Shown: positions 21,594 to 33,195, counted from the stretch's first letter. The stretch is DNA of 64,000 bases from Vulcanimicrobiota bacterium (GCA_963723515.1 CAVRQT010000003.1:1017088-1081087); one strand, 5' to 3'. Notes: generated from the letters alone by a model not told the origin. A program made the numbers and translations.

Positions 21594-21661
21594 TGGAGGT
21601 TACGGGAATCGAACCCGCCAGCCGGCATTGACGGTGCTACTGCTGCACCAGCAGAACCCCC
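21594..21661 (-). ncRNA. 68-nt tRNA-like cloverleaf (non-canonical)
   Basis: Acceptor gggggtt/aacctcc+a; T-arm gcggg-ttcgatt-cccgt; hairpin ctgctg-gtg-cagcag; no canonical D-loop or anticodon arm. Confidence 0.55.
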
Positions 21662-21812
21662 GACTGTTCAATCACGGCCCAACCGACGCTGCCAAGTGGC
21701 GTAACGATTCACATGATCTGCGTGGCGTGACAGTCACGCGCCTCTCCTACGGCCTGGGCGCTGCTCGGGACAAGCGCAAAGCGTAGCGTGACGCAGTAGC
21801 AAACATCGCCCA

Positions 21813-23004
21813 ATGACCACGTTGCTGCAGCGATGGAGATGGCGGCCGGCAGTCGTCATCTATGGCGCCGGCATGCTGCAGGGCTTTGCCTTCACGCTCG
21901 TGCCGGCGTTGGCAACGGTCTTCGCGGCGGCGCCGTATCACATCAATTCACGCGGCTTCGGCATTCTTTTCATTCCGCTGACCGTCGGCGCAATTATCGG
22001 CGCTGCCTTAACGCCGAAACTCGCGGCGAAAACCGACACTGTAACGGTATTGCGCGCCGGCGTTGCTGCCAACATCGCCGCGCTTGGTCGCGCTTCTGAT
22101 CGCCTCCACGAACGCCCGGCAGCGCTGCTTATGTCTTGCTGCTCGTTGATACAACCGCGCTTGGCCTCGGCTTCGGCCTCAATTTCTCGGCGGTCAACGA
22201 GCTTGCATCAAAGCTCTCAGCCAACGAAACGGCTTCCGTCACGATCGCCAACGTTCTCACCGGCCTCGGAACGAGCTTGACGCCGATTATTCTCGGCGCA
22301 TTTATCGTCCGTTACGCGTGGTGGCTATGGCCGGCGCTGCTGTTGATCGCGTTCGCTGCTGTGCTCGTGCTCTCGTCGCGCTGGCGCGAAGCTCGATCGT
22401 CTTCAATCGTTCGTGCGCGCGGCGTTTCACGAACGCTCGATCTTGTTCGGCGTCGCCGCGCTGCTCTACGCGTTTTGCGAAGGAACGTTTTCGAGTTGGG
22501 CAACGACGTTTGCGCACCTCGATCGCGGTTTCTCGCTCGCTACGGGAGAGGCGGCGCTCACCGCTTTTTGGCTCGCGCTGACCGTAACACGCTTAGCGCG
22601 CCGCATTCGCGACGCGCGTTGTGCCGCCGCGCACGGCGTTCGTCATCTTTCCGGTTCTTATCGCTGCGGCGTTCTTCTGCTTGCCGCTCTGGAAAACCGC
22701 AACGCTGCTCGTCGTCGGATTCGCGCTCGGCGGCGTCGCCTGCAGCATCGTCTTCCCATTTGCAATGTCGTTGGCGCTCGATGCGATGCCCACTGATGCC
22801 GATCGCGTCGCCGGCGTTATGGTGGCGGCGCTGATGACGGGCGAAGGGTTCGGAACGTTCCTTGTCGGCGCACTGCACTCTGACGCGCATCTGTCGCTTG
22901 CGGCGATCTACCGCATCGCGGCCGTCGTTGCGTTCGCCTTGGCGATCGTCTCAATGCTTGCCCGAAGCGCCTCTCGCGAAAGTGCGGTGAACGTCAGATC
23001 GTAA
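21813..23004 (+). CDS. MFS transporter, frameshifted
   Basis: Successive hydrophobic multi-TM ORFs totalling about 395 aa. Confidence 0.8.
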
Positions 23005-24015
23005 ACGCGGGCCTGCCCTGGATCGAGAAACGGCAGCATGCGATGCGCTAAGCGCATACTCGCGTCCTTGAATCGCCGCGGTATTGGCCGGCTCGACCGA
23101 CATCACGTAATCGCCGAAGTCCAACTTGCGCCACGTAAAGAGCGCGGGCAGCGCGTTTGGATCGAACGCGATTTCAAATCCGAGTCCGGCGCCCTCCAGC
23201 AACTCTTCATTGGACGATCGCAGCGCGGGCTTTGAGATCGGCGCACTCGCGCGGCTTATGAATAAAGACTTGCTCCGCGAAGCCGGCCTGCGGCTCGCCG
23301 CCGCGATCCCACACAGATAATCCCGCCTGCGCTTGCGGATCGCGCGGCTCAACGTTCGTATGCGAGACATGAACGCGCGTCTGCGCGTGAGAGCAGCGGA
23401 AAGCCGGCGTTGCAATGGTAGAGGATCATGTGCGGCGTGCGCGTGCCGCCCTCATTGATGACGACGTCGCGCAAATGGAGCGTCGCGCTGCCAAGTTCGG
23501 TCTGCCAGCGCCGATGCAGCACGAGCTTTTCGCCGAGCGCTTTCGTTTCACGCATCCGTCCCTCGACCTCAAGGATGCAACGATCGCCATCCCAGTACGT
23601 CTTCGTCGAGTAGTTTTCGCGCCGGCAGATTGTTGATGCGGCCGTGCTGCCCAAAGGTTCCCCACTGATCGCTACCCGGCGGCCCAAAATTTGCTAGCCC
23701 GCAAGTCGTCAGCCAACCGCCAAAAAACGAACGCAGCCATTCATCGCCCGCGGCTTCGTAAAACGCCGGCGCCGCGATATCGTTTGCGCTGCGCCAAACG
23801 AACGGCGTGCCGCGATATGCTGCATGCGCAATATCAAGCGCGCGATCGATGACGATCTCGACGGAGAGCACGCCGGTATCGACGCGCACCGCGCGGACGC
23901 CGCGGCCGCGACCGGACGCATACTCAAACTCCGTGATTCCGCCGACCTGCGCCAGCGAACCAACGCGCGCTTGCAGGTCGTCGCGCGTCAGTTTTTCACC
24001 GAAGAGTTCTGGCAC
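22951..24015 (-). CDS. Aldose 1-epimerase-family (DUF4432-like) protein, frameshifted
   Basis: DRALDI, FFGGWLTTCGL, QHGRI, HMILYHCN, VEPAN; the 3' end is approximate. Confidence 0.75.
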
Positions 24016-24024
24016 GGCTCGGCT

Positions 24025-26487
24025 CTACGGCGGCTTGATTTCGAGAATCGCAAACCCGTGGGCATCGATGACGACGGGAATTCCGTCCAAAATCGCCTGC
24101 TTTTGGAGTTTTCCGAGATCTTCCCAGTCGTTCCAAACGCTTGAGAACGTGCGCACGGAATGTTCGTCCGCCGGCAAATCGGATAGCGCGGCCGCCGTCG
24201 TTGACGTGCGCGGGCTCGAGTTTCCGATAAAGATAACCGTGCGGTCGTCATTCGCGAACCCGACGACCGTAACGCGCGGATCGGCAACGCGCACGCTGTC
24301 GGTGATGTCGCGCGCATATTTCGTGATCGGAACGTCCGAACTGAGGTCCGAGGTCGTGTGCAACTGCAGACCATCGGGCATGCGGCACGCAATCCATGCG
24401 ATCGACTTGCCGCGAAACGGGACGTTGACCGCGGTCAGCCACCGCCAATCGGCCGCCAAATTTGGATTGATCTTCGCGTCCAACCCAAAGACGTTCAGGC
24501 CGCCGGCGCCCTCGATCGCCGCCCAGAGATAGCGCGGCGCATCCCAGGGGGAGAGCATCATGCCCTGATTGACCAGAATCTCGCCGTGCAGCCACTCCGA
24601 AAATTGCCCCGGCACCGTGTTGTTGCGGCGCGGATCGCTTGAAAAGTGGCGGAAGCTGCTCGCAAGCGCATGCGCCATGAACGCCGGATCGTGTTTCGCG
24701 GCGGCAAACGCATACCAAAATGTGACCGCAACCCAAACGCCGCCGAGCAGTCCATAGCCGTTGACCGGACCGTACGTGAGATCGTCGCGCGGCACGGTAC
24801 GAATGCCGGCGTCCGTCCAAAAGCTGGCTTCGCTCAGCGTGCTGATGATGCGCGCGGCGCGGTCTTGCGGAGCAACGCCGAAGAGAACCGGAAAGACGAG
24901 ATCCGCCGTGATGTCGGTTCGCTTCGAGCCATCGACGTCGATGTTCAGGTAGTAAAGATCGTTGTCGGGATTGACGAGCTTCGTATTGATCGCCTCACGT
25001 AACGCTTCGGCTTCGCGATCGAAGCGCTGCGCAACGTCAGCCTCGCCAAGGATCTTCGCCATGCCGGAGAGCGCGCGCAAGGCTGCATAGCACTCCGAAT
25101 TGACTTCCGTCGACGCGCCGCTCAAGCGGTAGTTGTCGATGACGTTACGCCATCCGATGATGCCCCAATCTTGGGTCGCCGTCGATGTGCACCAAATGAG
25201 TCCGTCCTCGTTGCGCTGCGAGAGCATGTAGTCCATGGCCTTCACGGCGGCCGGGAACCGTTGTTGGACGAACTCTCTGTTGGCGGTCGCGCCAAAATGG
25301 TGCGCGAGCGCAATGACGACGAGCGGAGTATTGTCGTTGACGTTGAGGCCGTAATCTTCCCACTTGTCGTTGCGAACGTCGTAATACTCGACGATTTTGC
25401 CGTCGGGCTCTTGCACTCGAAAATATGCATCGAGGGATTGATGCGCGAATTCATGGTTGAGGTAGTCGGCGCCAAAAGACATCCAGGCGGTGTCGCGTCC
25501 GACGCTGTTGTTGCTGCGCGTCGGGTCGTTCGTGAAGCACCAGCCTGTCGGCGCATACGTTTGGACGCGCAACATGTTGGCCTTCGCCCACAAAACGCCC
25601 TGATTGACGTCATGCGAGGGCGTGCGCAACACCGAACGTCGCAAGTATTGCCAATAGTATTCGCTCGTGCGCCGCTTTGCTTCAGCTCCGTCAGGGCAGC
25701 GTTTGCGCGACGCCGCGAGATCCTCACGAGATTGCGCCGAGAGCACGCAGATAAAATCGACCGCCTGCGTTGCGCCTGGTTTGAGGTCGATCGCAACATG
25801 CAGCGCGCCGACCGGATCGGGCCCGATGTTGACGATGCGGTTGGCGAGCTGGCCCGGAGAAAGCCGCGCCACGACCTTCCCGCGGTCTGAGTTTACTTCC
25901 CAGCCATCGCACCGATCGACCGTTGCAAAGAGGCGGGTCTGCGAAGGATTGGTGCCATTCCAGACGACGATGCCGCCCAGTTCGGCGTCATATTCGGCCT
26001 CGATGTCGTGCGCCGTATTGCCACGCAACTCCGCAAAGCCGTAGGCGTCAAACGAAACCGGCGACTGCGTCGAGTTGGTGAATTCGACGCGATAGTAGAC
26101 CGCCGGCGGTGGAATTTCCGACGTCTTGGTCCACGTGTCGTTGTAGGGAAAGACTTGCTCGTGGACGTCGACGCCGTTGTCGAGCAAGAAACGGTGGTCT
26201 TGTCTTTCCGGATGGATATGGAATTGGCCGTTGCGCTCGCCCATGCGAATGCGGCTCGTACGATCCCAATAATGCACCGAAACCGCGCCGAAAAAATCAT
26301 AGCCCGCATCCGGACAGTAGATCTTTTGGACGTCGCCCGTTGGTTTGATGATGATGCAGCAGCGCGGCGCGCCGATCGTGCTGCCTTGCGCCATCTCTTC
26401 GTCGTTGAGAATGTACGCGAACTGCGGATCGACGACGGTGCCGCGCGAAACGTCGGCGCCGGTCTCAACGAATGTCGGGAGCGCCAC
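24025..26487 (-). CDS. Six-hairpin glycoside hydrolase (debranching/amylo-1,6-glucosidase-like)
   Basis: About 820 aa; GRDTAW, DNTPL, EVNSECY, GGVWVAV, FSEWLHG. Confidence 0.72.
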   Translation of the reverse strand: MALPTFVETGADVSRGTVVDPQFAYILNDEEMAQGSTIGAPRCCIIIKPTGDVQKIYCPDAGYDFFGAVSVHYWDRTSRIRMGERNGQFHIHPERQDHRFLLDNGVDVHEQVFPYNDTWTKTSEIPPPAVYYRVEFTNSTQSPVSFDAYGFAELRGNTAHDIEAEYDAELGGIVVWNGTNPSQTRLFATVDRCDGWEVNSDRGKVVARLSPGQLANRIVNIGPDPVGALHVAIDLKPGATQAVDFICVLSAQSREDLAASRKRCPDGAEAKRRTSEYYWQYLRRSVLRTPSHDVNQGVLWAKANMLRVQTYAPTGWCFTNDPTRSNNSVGRDTAWMSFGADYLNHEFAHQSLDAYFRVQEPDGKIVEYYDVRNDKWEDYGLNVNDNTPLVVIALAHHFGATANREFVQQRFPAAVKAMDYMLSQRNEDGLIWCTSTATQDWGIIGWRNVIDNYRLSGASTEVNSECYAALRALSGMAKILGEADVAQRFDREAEALREAINTKLVNPDNDLYYLNIDVDGSKRTDITADLVFPVLFGVAPQDRAARIISTLSEASFWTDAGIRTVPRDDLTYGPVNGYGLLGGVWVAVTFWYAFAAAKHDPAFMAHALASSFRHFSSDPRRNNTVPGQFSEWLHGEILVNQGMMLSPWDAPRYLWAAIEGAGGLNVFGLDAKINPNLAADWRWLTAVNVPFRGKSIAWIACRMPDGLQLHTTSDLSSDVPITKYARDITDSVRVADPRVTVVGFANDDRTVIFIGNSSPRTSTTAAALSDLPADEHSVRTFSSVWNDWEDLGKLQKQAILDGIPVVIDAHGFAILEIKPP

Positions 26488-27266
26488 TAGAGCGAGCCGG
26501 CCTGACGCATCATGCCGCCGTCGATAAACATCGTCGTCCCCGTGATGTAGGATGCCGCATCGCTGCACAGATACGCGACAAGCGCGGCGATTTCTGGCGG
26601 TTCCGCCCAGCGGCGCAATGGAATTTCACTGAGCAGCTCCTGATCGAGCACCGGATTGCGCTTCGTCGCCTCGTCCATCGGCGTGTCGACGGCACCGGGG
26701 CCAACGTTGTTGACGGTGATTTTGTACGGCGCCAACTCGACGGCAATCGTGCGCATCAACATGCGCACTGCGCCTTTTGTGGCACAGTAAGGCGCATTTG
26801 TCGGCGCGGTCACGTCTTCATGAATCGAGGAGATGTTGACGATACGTCCGCCGCGGCCTTGCGCGATCATCTGTTTTGCGGCCGCTTTGCTGCAGAGGTA
26901 CGCGCCGGTCAGATTGACGGCAATGACGAGGTCCCAAACTTCATCGGGCGTGTCGACGAATGGATAGCGATGCTCGATGCCGGCATTGTTGATCATGATG
27001 TCCAGCGAGCCGTAGGCCTTCACGCACGCCGCAACGAGGTTCTCAACATCGGCGGCCTTCGAGACATCCGCCTCAACGGCGATCGCTTTCTGTCCGTTCT
27101 TCTCAAGTTCTGCGACGAGCGTTTGCGCCGGCGTGGCATCGCCGACGTAGTCAACCACAACGTTCGCGCCCTGCGCAGCCAGCGTGCGCACGATCGCCGC
27201 GCCGATGCCGGTATCGCCGCCGGTGACGATCGCGCCTTTGCCGGCGAGCACGCCGTTCACGTGCAT
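26487..27266 (-). CDS. Glucose 1-dehydrogenase-like SDR
   Basis: TGGDTGIG, NNAG, NISSIHE, YCATK, VGPGAVDTP. Confidence 0.85.
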   Translation of the reverse strand: MHVNGVLAGKGAIVTGGDTGIGAAIVRTLAAQGANVVVDYVGDATPAQTLVAELEKNGQKAIAVEADVSKAADVENLVAACVKAYGSLDIMINNAGIEHRYPFVDTPDEVWDLVIAVNLTGAYLCSKAAAKQMIAQGRGGRIVNISSIHEDVTAPTNAPYCATKGAVRMLMRTIAVELAPYKITVNNVGPGAVDTPMDEATKRNPVLDQELLSEIPLRRWAEPPEIAALVAYLCSDAASYITGTTMFIDGGMMRQAGSL

Positions 27267-27695
27267 GCCAGCAGCGCCGCGCGCAACTCGGCCGGAATCG
27301 GCCGGCTCTTCATCTTCTTACGCTCGACCGTTGCGACGATCAGCGTGCATGAGGCATCGATTTCATCGGTCGCAGCATCGTGCACGTCGATCTTCAAAGT
27401 GATTGACGACGTGCCGATCTTCCCTATGCGCGTGCGCACGACCAGCTCGTCATCCATGCGTGCGGGACGGCGAAAATCGAAATCAAGGTGGACGCGCGGC
27501 AGCCAAACGTCGAGCTGTTCGAACATTCTTGCATACGGGAAGCCAAGTTCGCGGAAGAGCTCCGTTTCGGCAAGTTCGATGAAGCGTACATACGCGCCAA
27601 AATAGATGATGCCGGCGATATCGACGTCGCTCCAGCGAACGCGATCGCGAACTTCAAAGATGCGGCCGCTCGCCTCGTTGCGCTTCAGATTTCAT
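27257..27695 (-). CDS. Acyl-CoA thioesterase (hot-dog fold), frameshifted
   Basis: VRWSDVD.AGII, DFRRPARMDD, IGTSS. Confidence 0.75.
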
Positions 27696-28314
27696 GCGCC
27701 CATTCGAGCTCCGCGGCACGCGCTTCACCATCAATCGCAGCGGCCGCGTAGCGTGCTAGCGGATCGACTTCCAGGTTGAGAAGGTCGCCGGCGTTTCGCT
27801 CGCCGAGCGTCGTGCGGCGAAGGGTTTCCGGAATCACAACAACTTCGAATTGCGCCGATCCGACGGAAGCAACCGTGAAACTCACGCCGTCAAGTGCGAT
27901 GAAACCCTTGTTGCAAATGAATCGCGCGACGTGCGCCGGTCTCTCGACGGTAAGGCGCGCGCCTTGGCCTTCACTGCGTCGCTGCAGAACCTTCGCCGTG
28001 CCATCCACATGGCCGTAGACAAAATGTCCACCGATCCGATCTCCCACGCGGAGCGCAAGTTCGAGATTAACGCGCTCGCCCTTCTGCAGTCTGCCAAGTG
28101 CGGATCGCGCGAGCGTTTCAGGAACGACATCAAAGCGAATCGCTTCGCCTTCGACGGCGGTCGCGGTCAAGCAAACGCCGTTGACGCAAACTGAATCTTT
28201 GGGAGCAACCTCCGCGGCGATTTCGGGGGCGGTGACGAATAGGGTCATGCCGCCATTCGAGAGCATCTCCGTACGCGCCACGGCGCCGCGATGTTCGATA
28301 AGGCCGCTAAACAG
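27685..28314 (-). CDS. ribE: Riboflavin synthase
   Basis: FSGLIE, VNGVCLT, GGHFVYGHVD, LNLEVD. Confidence 0.93.
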   Translation of the reverse strand: MFSGLIEHRGAVARTEMLSNGGMTLFVTAPEIAAEVAPKDSVCVNGVCLTATAVEGEAIRFDVVPETLARSALGRLQKGERVNLELALRVGDRIGGHFVYGHVDGTAKVLQRRSEGQGARLTVERPAHVARFICNKGFIALDGVSFTVASVGSAQFEVVVIPETLRRTTLGERNAGDLLNLEVDPLARYAAAAIDGEARAAELEWAHEI

Positions 28315-29420
28315 CGCGCACGATTCCGATCGCAAGCATATCTTCGCCGAGCGATTCGACGCGTTCAAACTCGATGCTTGGCAGCATGCTATCCGCGCCT
28401 TGCGTCAACGCCGGTACCGCATCTGCCGAGCCGATTTTTGCCGGCGAGGTGAGCCAGTAGACACGATCGATACAACCTTGCTGCGAGCAGCCGAGCGGCC
28501 AGCGTTGGGCCGCCTTCGCATAGCACACTCTCGATGCCGTGGCTTCGCAGCGCCTGCATCGCTGCTTGAAGATCGAGCTGCGTGTCGTTCTCCGCACCGA
28601 CGAAGATGACGTCGGCGACTTCTCGCAGCGGTTCGAAGAGCATTGTGCGGCCGGCCGGCGCAAGCACGATGGTTCGTTGGTAATTCTCGACGGACGCAAA
28701 CACGCGCGCAGTTGACGGTACTGTAGCCGTCTCGCAAACAATGACGCGCGCATATGGCTTCGCGCGATCGTGTGGCGGACGAACGGTCAGGAGCGGATCA
28801 TCGACGCGAATCGTGCCCGCGCCGACCATCACCGCATCATGAGCAATGCGAAGTTCGCGGACGTACCGGCGTGCATCTTCGCCCGTAAGCCACTGCATTT
28901 GACCTTTGCGCGATGCGATAAAACCGTCCGCCGATGAGGCCATCTTGAGCGCGATATATGGACGGGCCGATGTGACGGCTCTTCGAAACGGCTCGATAAG
29001 CTCGAGCGCTTCAGGATCGTCGCAAACATCAACGGTGATGCCGGCGTTCTGAAGGGCTGCGATTCCGCCACCGTTCGTCACGGGATTTGGGTCTCGCGCT
29101 CCGATAACAACTCGTGCAAGACGCGCTTCGATCAACGCTTGCGTGCACGGCGGTGTCTTGCCGGCATGGTTGCATGGCTCCAACGAAACGTACATCGTCG
29201 CGCCGCTCGAGTCTCCCGCCGATTGCAAGGCCTCAATTTCGGCGTGCGGCTCACCGGCTCGATGATGGTATCCTTCGCCGATAATCGCGCCATCCTTGAC
29301 CAACACCGCGCCAACGGGCGGATTCGGCGACGTGCTGCCAAGCCCGCGCCTCGCTAACTCATATGCGCGTTCCAAAAAAAGGCGATCTACGCCGTTTAAC
29401 GGTGGCTTGAATGCTTGCAA
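28307..29420 (-). CDS. ribD: Riboflavin deaminase/reductase, frameshift near the 3' end
   Basis: PNPPVGAV, HAE, LEPCNH..TPPC, EGGPTLA. Confidence 0.95.
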
Positions 29421-29448
29421 GGGGAGTAGCTTCTACGCGCTCGTTCCC

Positions 29449-29667
29449 TGTCACCCTGAGCTCAGCTTGCACTGAGCGGGGTCGAAGGGTCGAAGCGCCA
29501 TGACAATGTTGCGCTCCGAGAAGGTCCCTGTGTCACACTGAGCTTGTCGAAGTGCGCCCGGTCACGCTGAGCAGTGCGCCTGTGCTGAGCGGCGTCGAAG
29601 CGTCGAAGCGCACGACAATGTTGCACTCCGAGAAGGTCCCTGTGTCACACTGAGCTTGTCGAAGTGT
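29449..29667. repeat. REP-like cluster with a duplicated ~52-bp unit
   Basis: caatgttgcRctccgagaaggtccctgtgtcacactgagcttgtcgaagtg occurs twice, plus variant units. Confidence 0.85.
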
Positions 29668-30283
29668 GGCTTGCCTGCCCTGTTGCGATAGCGACGACGA
29701 TCGCTTTGCAAACGGCGCCGTTGGAGGCACGCAACGTCGCGGCGCAATCTTCTAGCGTGCTGCCCGTCGTCATGACGTCATCGATCAGAACAAATTCGCG
29801 CCCGCCGAGATCGCGTTCGCGGCAGGCGAAGCGACCATGTGCGGCAAGCCGTGCTTGACGGTTGCGTCCGCGTTGCGCGTCGCCGGAAATCTGTGACAGC
29901 AAGTTGTGCGCATGAGCTCCAGAGGCCCTAGCGCAGACAGCCGCAAGCAATTCGGCGCCATCGAAGCCGCGCACCGCTTTCCGAATCCGCGTTGTTGGGA
30001 CCGGGACGAGTTGCATGCTCGCATCTGCCAATTCGGCCAAACGCGAGCCCATGCTGCGCGCGACGTCGCGGCGACCGTCCTTCAGGGCGAGGATCGCTTG
30101 GCGCAAACGGTCAGCGTACATTCCGAGTGCGCGCACCTCTAGCGTCGCGATTTTGACCGAATGCTGGCCCGATCGCGGCGCGCACTCGTCGCACAAGCCA
30201 GTGCCGAATGCGTCGCAGCCGCCGCATTGAGGCGGAAACAGCCAATCGAGTATTGCCGACGGCTTTACGTTGAAGATGAGCCA
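29645..30283 (-). CDS. comF: ComF-family phosphoribosyltransferase-domain protein
   Basis: WLFPPQCGGC..LCDEC, LVPVP, RGF, LIDDVMTTGSTL; start is approximate. Confidence 0.82.
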   Translation of the reverse strand, partial: WLIFNVKPSAILDWLFPPQCGGCDAFGTGLCDECAPRSGQHSVKIATLEVRALGMYADRLRQAILALKDGRRDVARSMGSRLAELADASMQLVPVPTTRIRKAVRGFDGAELLAAVCARASGAHAHNLLSQISGDAQRGRNRQARLAAHGRFACRERDLGGREFVLIDDVMTTGSTLEDCAATLRASNGAVCKAIVVAIATGQASHTSTSSV

Positions 30284-30296
30284 CTATCACGGCTTG

Positions 30297-30531
30297 GTCA
30301 CACTTCGACAAGCTCAGTGTGACACTGGGACCGCCTCGTACGGCGACACAGTGGCGTCCGCAACGTTTTCGCGGTCCTTCGACAAGCTCAGTGTGACACT
30401 GGGACGATCTCGTTGCGGCAAGATGTGATTGCATCTCGGCAAGTTCAACTCTGTCACGCTGAGCTAGTCGAAGCGCCACCGTAATCGCCGCGTCCAACGG
30501 TTTTCGCGGCACTTCGACAGCGTCAGCGACA
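30297..30531. repeat. REP-like cluster
   Basis: Four units in both orientations (cttcgacaagctcagtgtgacactggga and variants). Confidence 0.85.
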
Positions 30532-31566
30532 CTAGGCGACGGGGAGTGGTTCCTCGTTGGCCACGACGCTGTCGTCCAAGTTGGCGTCAGCCGCAACGTT
30601 ATAGCCGGCGCCCACGATCGTATGCGTTAAGCGCGCGCCTTCGCCCACAACCGCGCCGTCCCACAAGATCGAATTCTCAACCCGCGCATTTGCGCCGATG
30701 CGAACGTCCTGCGAGACACCGTCGGCCCAATAATGCACGCATTGTCCTCGATCACCGCGCGCTCGCCGATCAGCACATCGCCGTCAATGACCGCAGACGG
30801 TGCAACGATCGCCGACTCATCGATGCCCGTTGCAGGCGTATCGGGAATATGAAAGCGCCCCGTTAAGACATCGGTGCTCGCGCGCCAATACTCATCGATC
30901 GTTCCGATGTCGCACCAGTACGCATCCTCGGCATCGTAACCATAGAAAGCAGCGTTTGACTGCTGCAGCGCCGGAAAAACATCTTTGCCGAAATCGATAA
31001 ACGTCGCCGGCGGAATATGTTCGAAAATTCTTGGGCTGAAAACATACACGCCCGTATTGACCGCCTTCGATCGCTCGGTTCCGGGCGACCGGCTTCTCTT
31101 GAAAGCCCGTTATGCGGCCATCACGCGCCGTCAATACGACGCCATATTGCTCGACGCGCTCGCGCGGAACGAGCCCGATCGTCGCGAGCGCTTTGCGCTC
31201 TCGATGAAATTCCACCAGCACGTTGAGCGGCAGATCGGTCAAATCATCACACCCGATGACGACGAAATCATCGTCCGAGAGAAATTCTTCCATCTGCTTG
31301 ACCGCGCCGGCGCTTCCGAGCAGTTCCGGCTCGTGAAGATAATGCAGCCGCACGCCATAAGCCGAGCCATCGCCGAGCCGATCGACGATCGCTTTAGAGT
31401 GGTAATAGACGTTCAGCGCGATTTCGTCGTAACCGAACGATGCCAAATACCGAATGACATGCACTGCATTTGGGGCAAGCGCAACCGGCACGAGCGGTTT
31501 AGGAACTTGTTTGGTCAGCGGATAGAGCCGCGTGCTCAAGCCGCCGGCTAGGATCATCGCTTTCAT
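30532..31566 (-). CDS. NDP-sugar pyrophosphorylase (mannose-1-P guanylyltransferase-like), frameshifted
   Basis: MKAMILAGGLSTRLYPLT..PKP, FQEKP, YWCDIG, hexapeptide-repeat tail. Confidence 0.85.
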
Positions 31567-32304
31567 GTCGATGAAGTGCTGCGCCGCAACGAATCGGTCA
31601 GCACGAGCCAGACAAACTGCGGGAGCGCGAGTTGGCGGCGCCAGCGGTGCGGCTCGCTGACCAGCCGATAAAGCCACTCCAATCCCAAGCGCTGCCAAAT
31701 TCCCGGCGCGCGCTTGACTTTGCCGCTGATCACGTCGAACGAGCCGCCCACGCCGATCCCGACGCCGCAGCCGGTAGCGGCAAGATTGCGCGCAAGCCAA
31801 AATTCTTGCCGTGGAAATCCCAAGCCGGCGAAGAGAATCGCCGCGCCGCTCGCCGCGATCTGCTGCGCGATTTCACCGCTTTGTGCGTCGTCGAAGTATC
31901 CATGCTGGACTCCGGCAATTTGCAATGCCGGATAGCGCGTCCGCAATGACGTCCGCTGCGGAAGCCGCAACGCCGGATGCACCACCGAATAAAAAGATCC
32001 GCAGGCCCAGCCGCGCAGCGCCCTGGCAGATATCGTCGATCAGTTCAACGCCGGTCACGCGCGTGCGTAAACGTGAGCCGCGAAAGCGCGCAACGAGCAG
32101 CAATCCGATCGTATCGCACAGCGAAAGCGCGCTCTGATTGACGACTACTTTGTATTCCGGATCGCGCTGCGCGTAAACGATCATCTCGGTCCCGAGCGTT
32201 ACGACCTGCGCTTTGGCGCCGTTTTGAGCGAATTGCAGAATGCGATCCGTCGCCGCCGCCGCATCGAGCTCATCGACGCGGCAGCCGAGGATCTCTAAAC
32301 TCAA
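31563..32304 (-). CDS. WecB/TagA/CpsF glycosyltransferase, frameshifted
   Basis: RVTGVEL, HGYF, GLGFPRQE, GVGGSFD, GLEWLYRL..EPHRWRR. Confidence 0.9.
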
Positions 32305-33195
32305 ACGGCGACGCTCTCGCGGTAACGATGAATCAATGCGCGCAGATGCGGTTTGTTCGCTTCCGGCATCGGCCCTAACGGCGAACGCGGCAAACCGACG
32401 TCGAACCCAAGCTCGCGCATCGCCCACTTGATTGGAATCGGGCTGCTCGTCGCAAAGAGCGCCTTGAAGAGCGGGATCAGCTCAAAGTGAATTTTCGCAG
32501 CGTCGGCAATGCGCCCGTCGTGCACCGCCTTGGCCATTGCTTGGAATTCGGCTGAACAGAGATGCGTCGCGACGCCGACGACACCATCCGCGCCCATCGC
32601 AAGCGACGGCAAAAAGAGATGGTCATCGCCGCAAAAGAAAACAAAATCTTTGGGACGGTCGCGCAAAATGTCGCCGAATTGCGCCAGGTCGCCGCTCGAT
32701 TCTTTGACGCCGCGAATGTTTTCATGGCGATGCGCCAGCTCGAGCAGCGTTGATGCCAACATGTTGGCGCCGGTGCGGCCTGGAATGTTGTAGATGAAGA
32801 CCGGCTTCACGCACGCCTTTGCGACCTCACCGAAGTGCGCGATCATTCCATCTTGCGTCGGCTTGTTGTAATACGGGACGACGCTCAAAATCGCATCGAC
32901 CGCGCCTTCTTCGCTAATCTCCCGCGCGAGCGCCACCGCGGTGTGCGTGTCGTTCGTGCCGCAATTTCCAATAACGGCCGCGCGATCGCCGACGGCGGCC
33001 TTGACGGATCTGAAGAGGCCCATGCGCTCGTCAACATTGAGCGTCGGTCCTTCGCCGGTCGTTCCGGCGACGAACCAGTCCATCGTTGCCGCGATCGACG
33101 AGCCACTTCGCGATGCGTCCGGCTTCCTCATAATTGACCGTTCCATCATCGGCGAAAGGCGTCACCATCGCGGTGACAATGCCGCCAAGCTTCAT
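32301..33195 (-). CDS. dapA: 4-hydroxy-tetrahydrodipicolinate synthase, frameshifted
   Basis: TAMVTPF, GTTGE, PYYNKP, YNIPGRT, GVKESSG. Confidence 0.95.

Noticed and set aside
21510..21720. FMN riboswitch, SRP RNA or a canonical tRNA upstream of ribBA
   Set aside because: RFN conserved blocks and the SRP domain IV motif are absent; D-loop and anticodon arm are non-canonical
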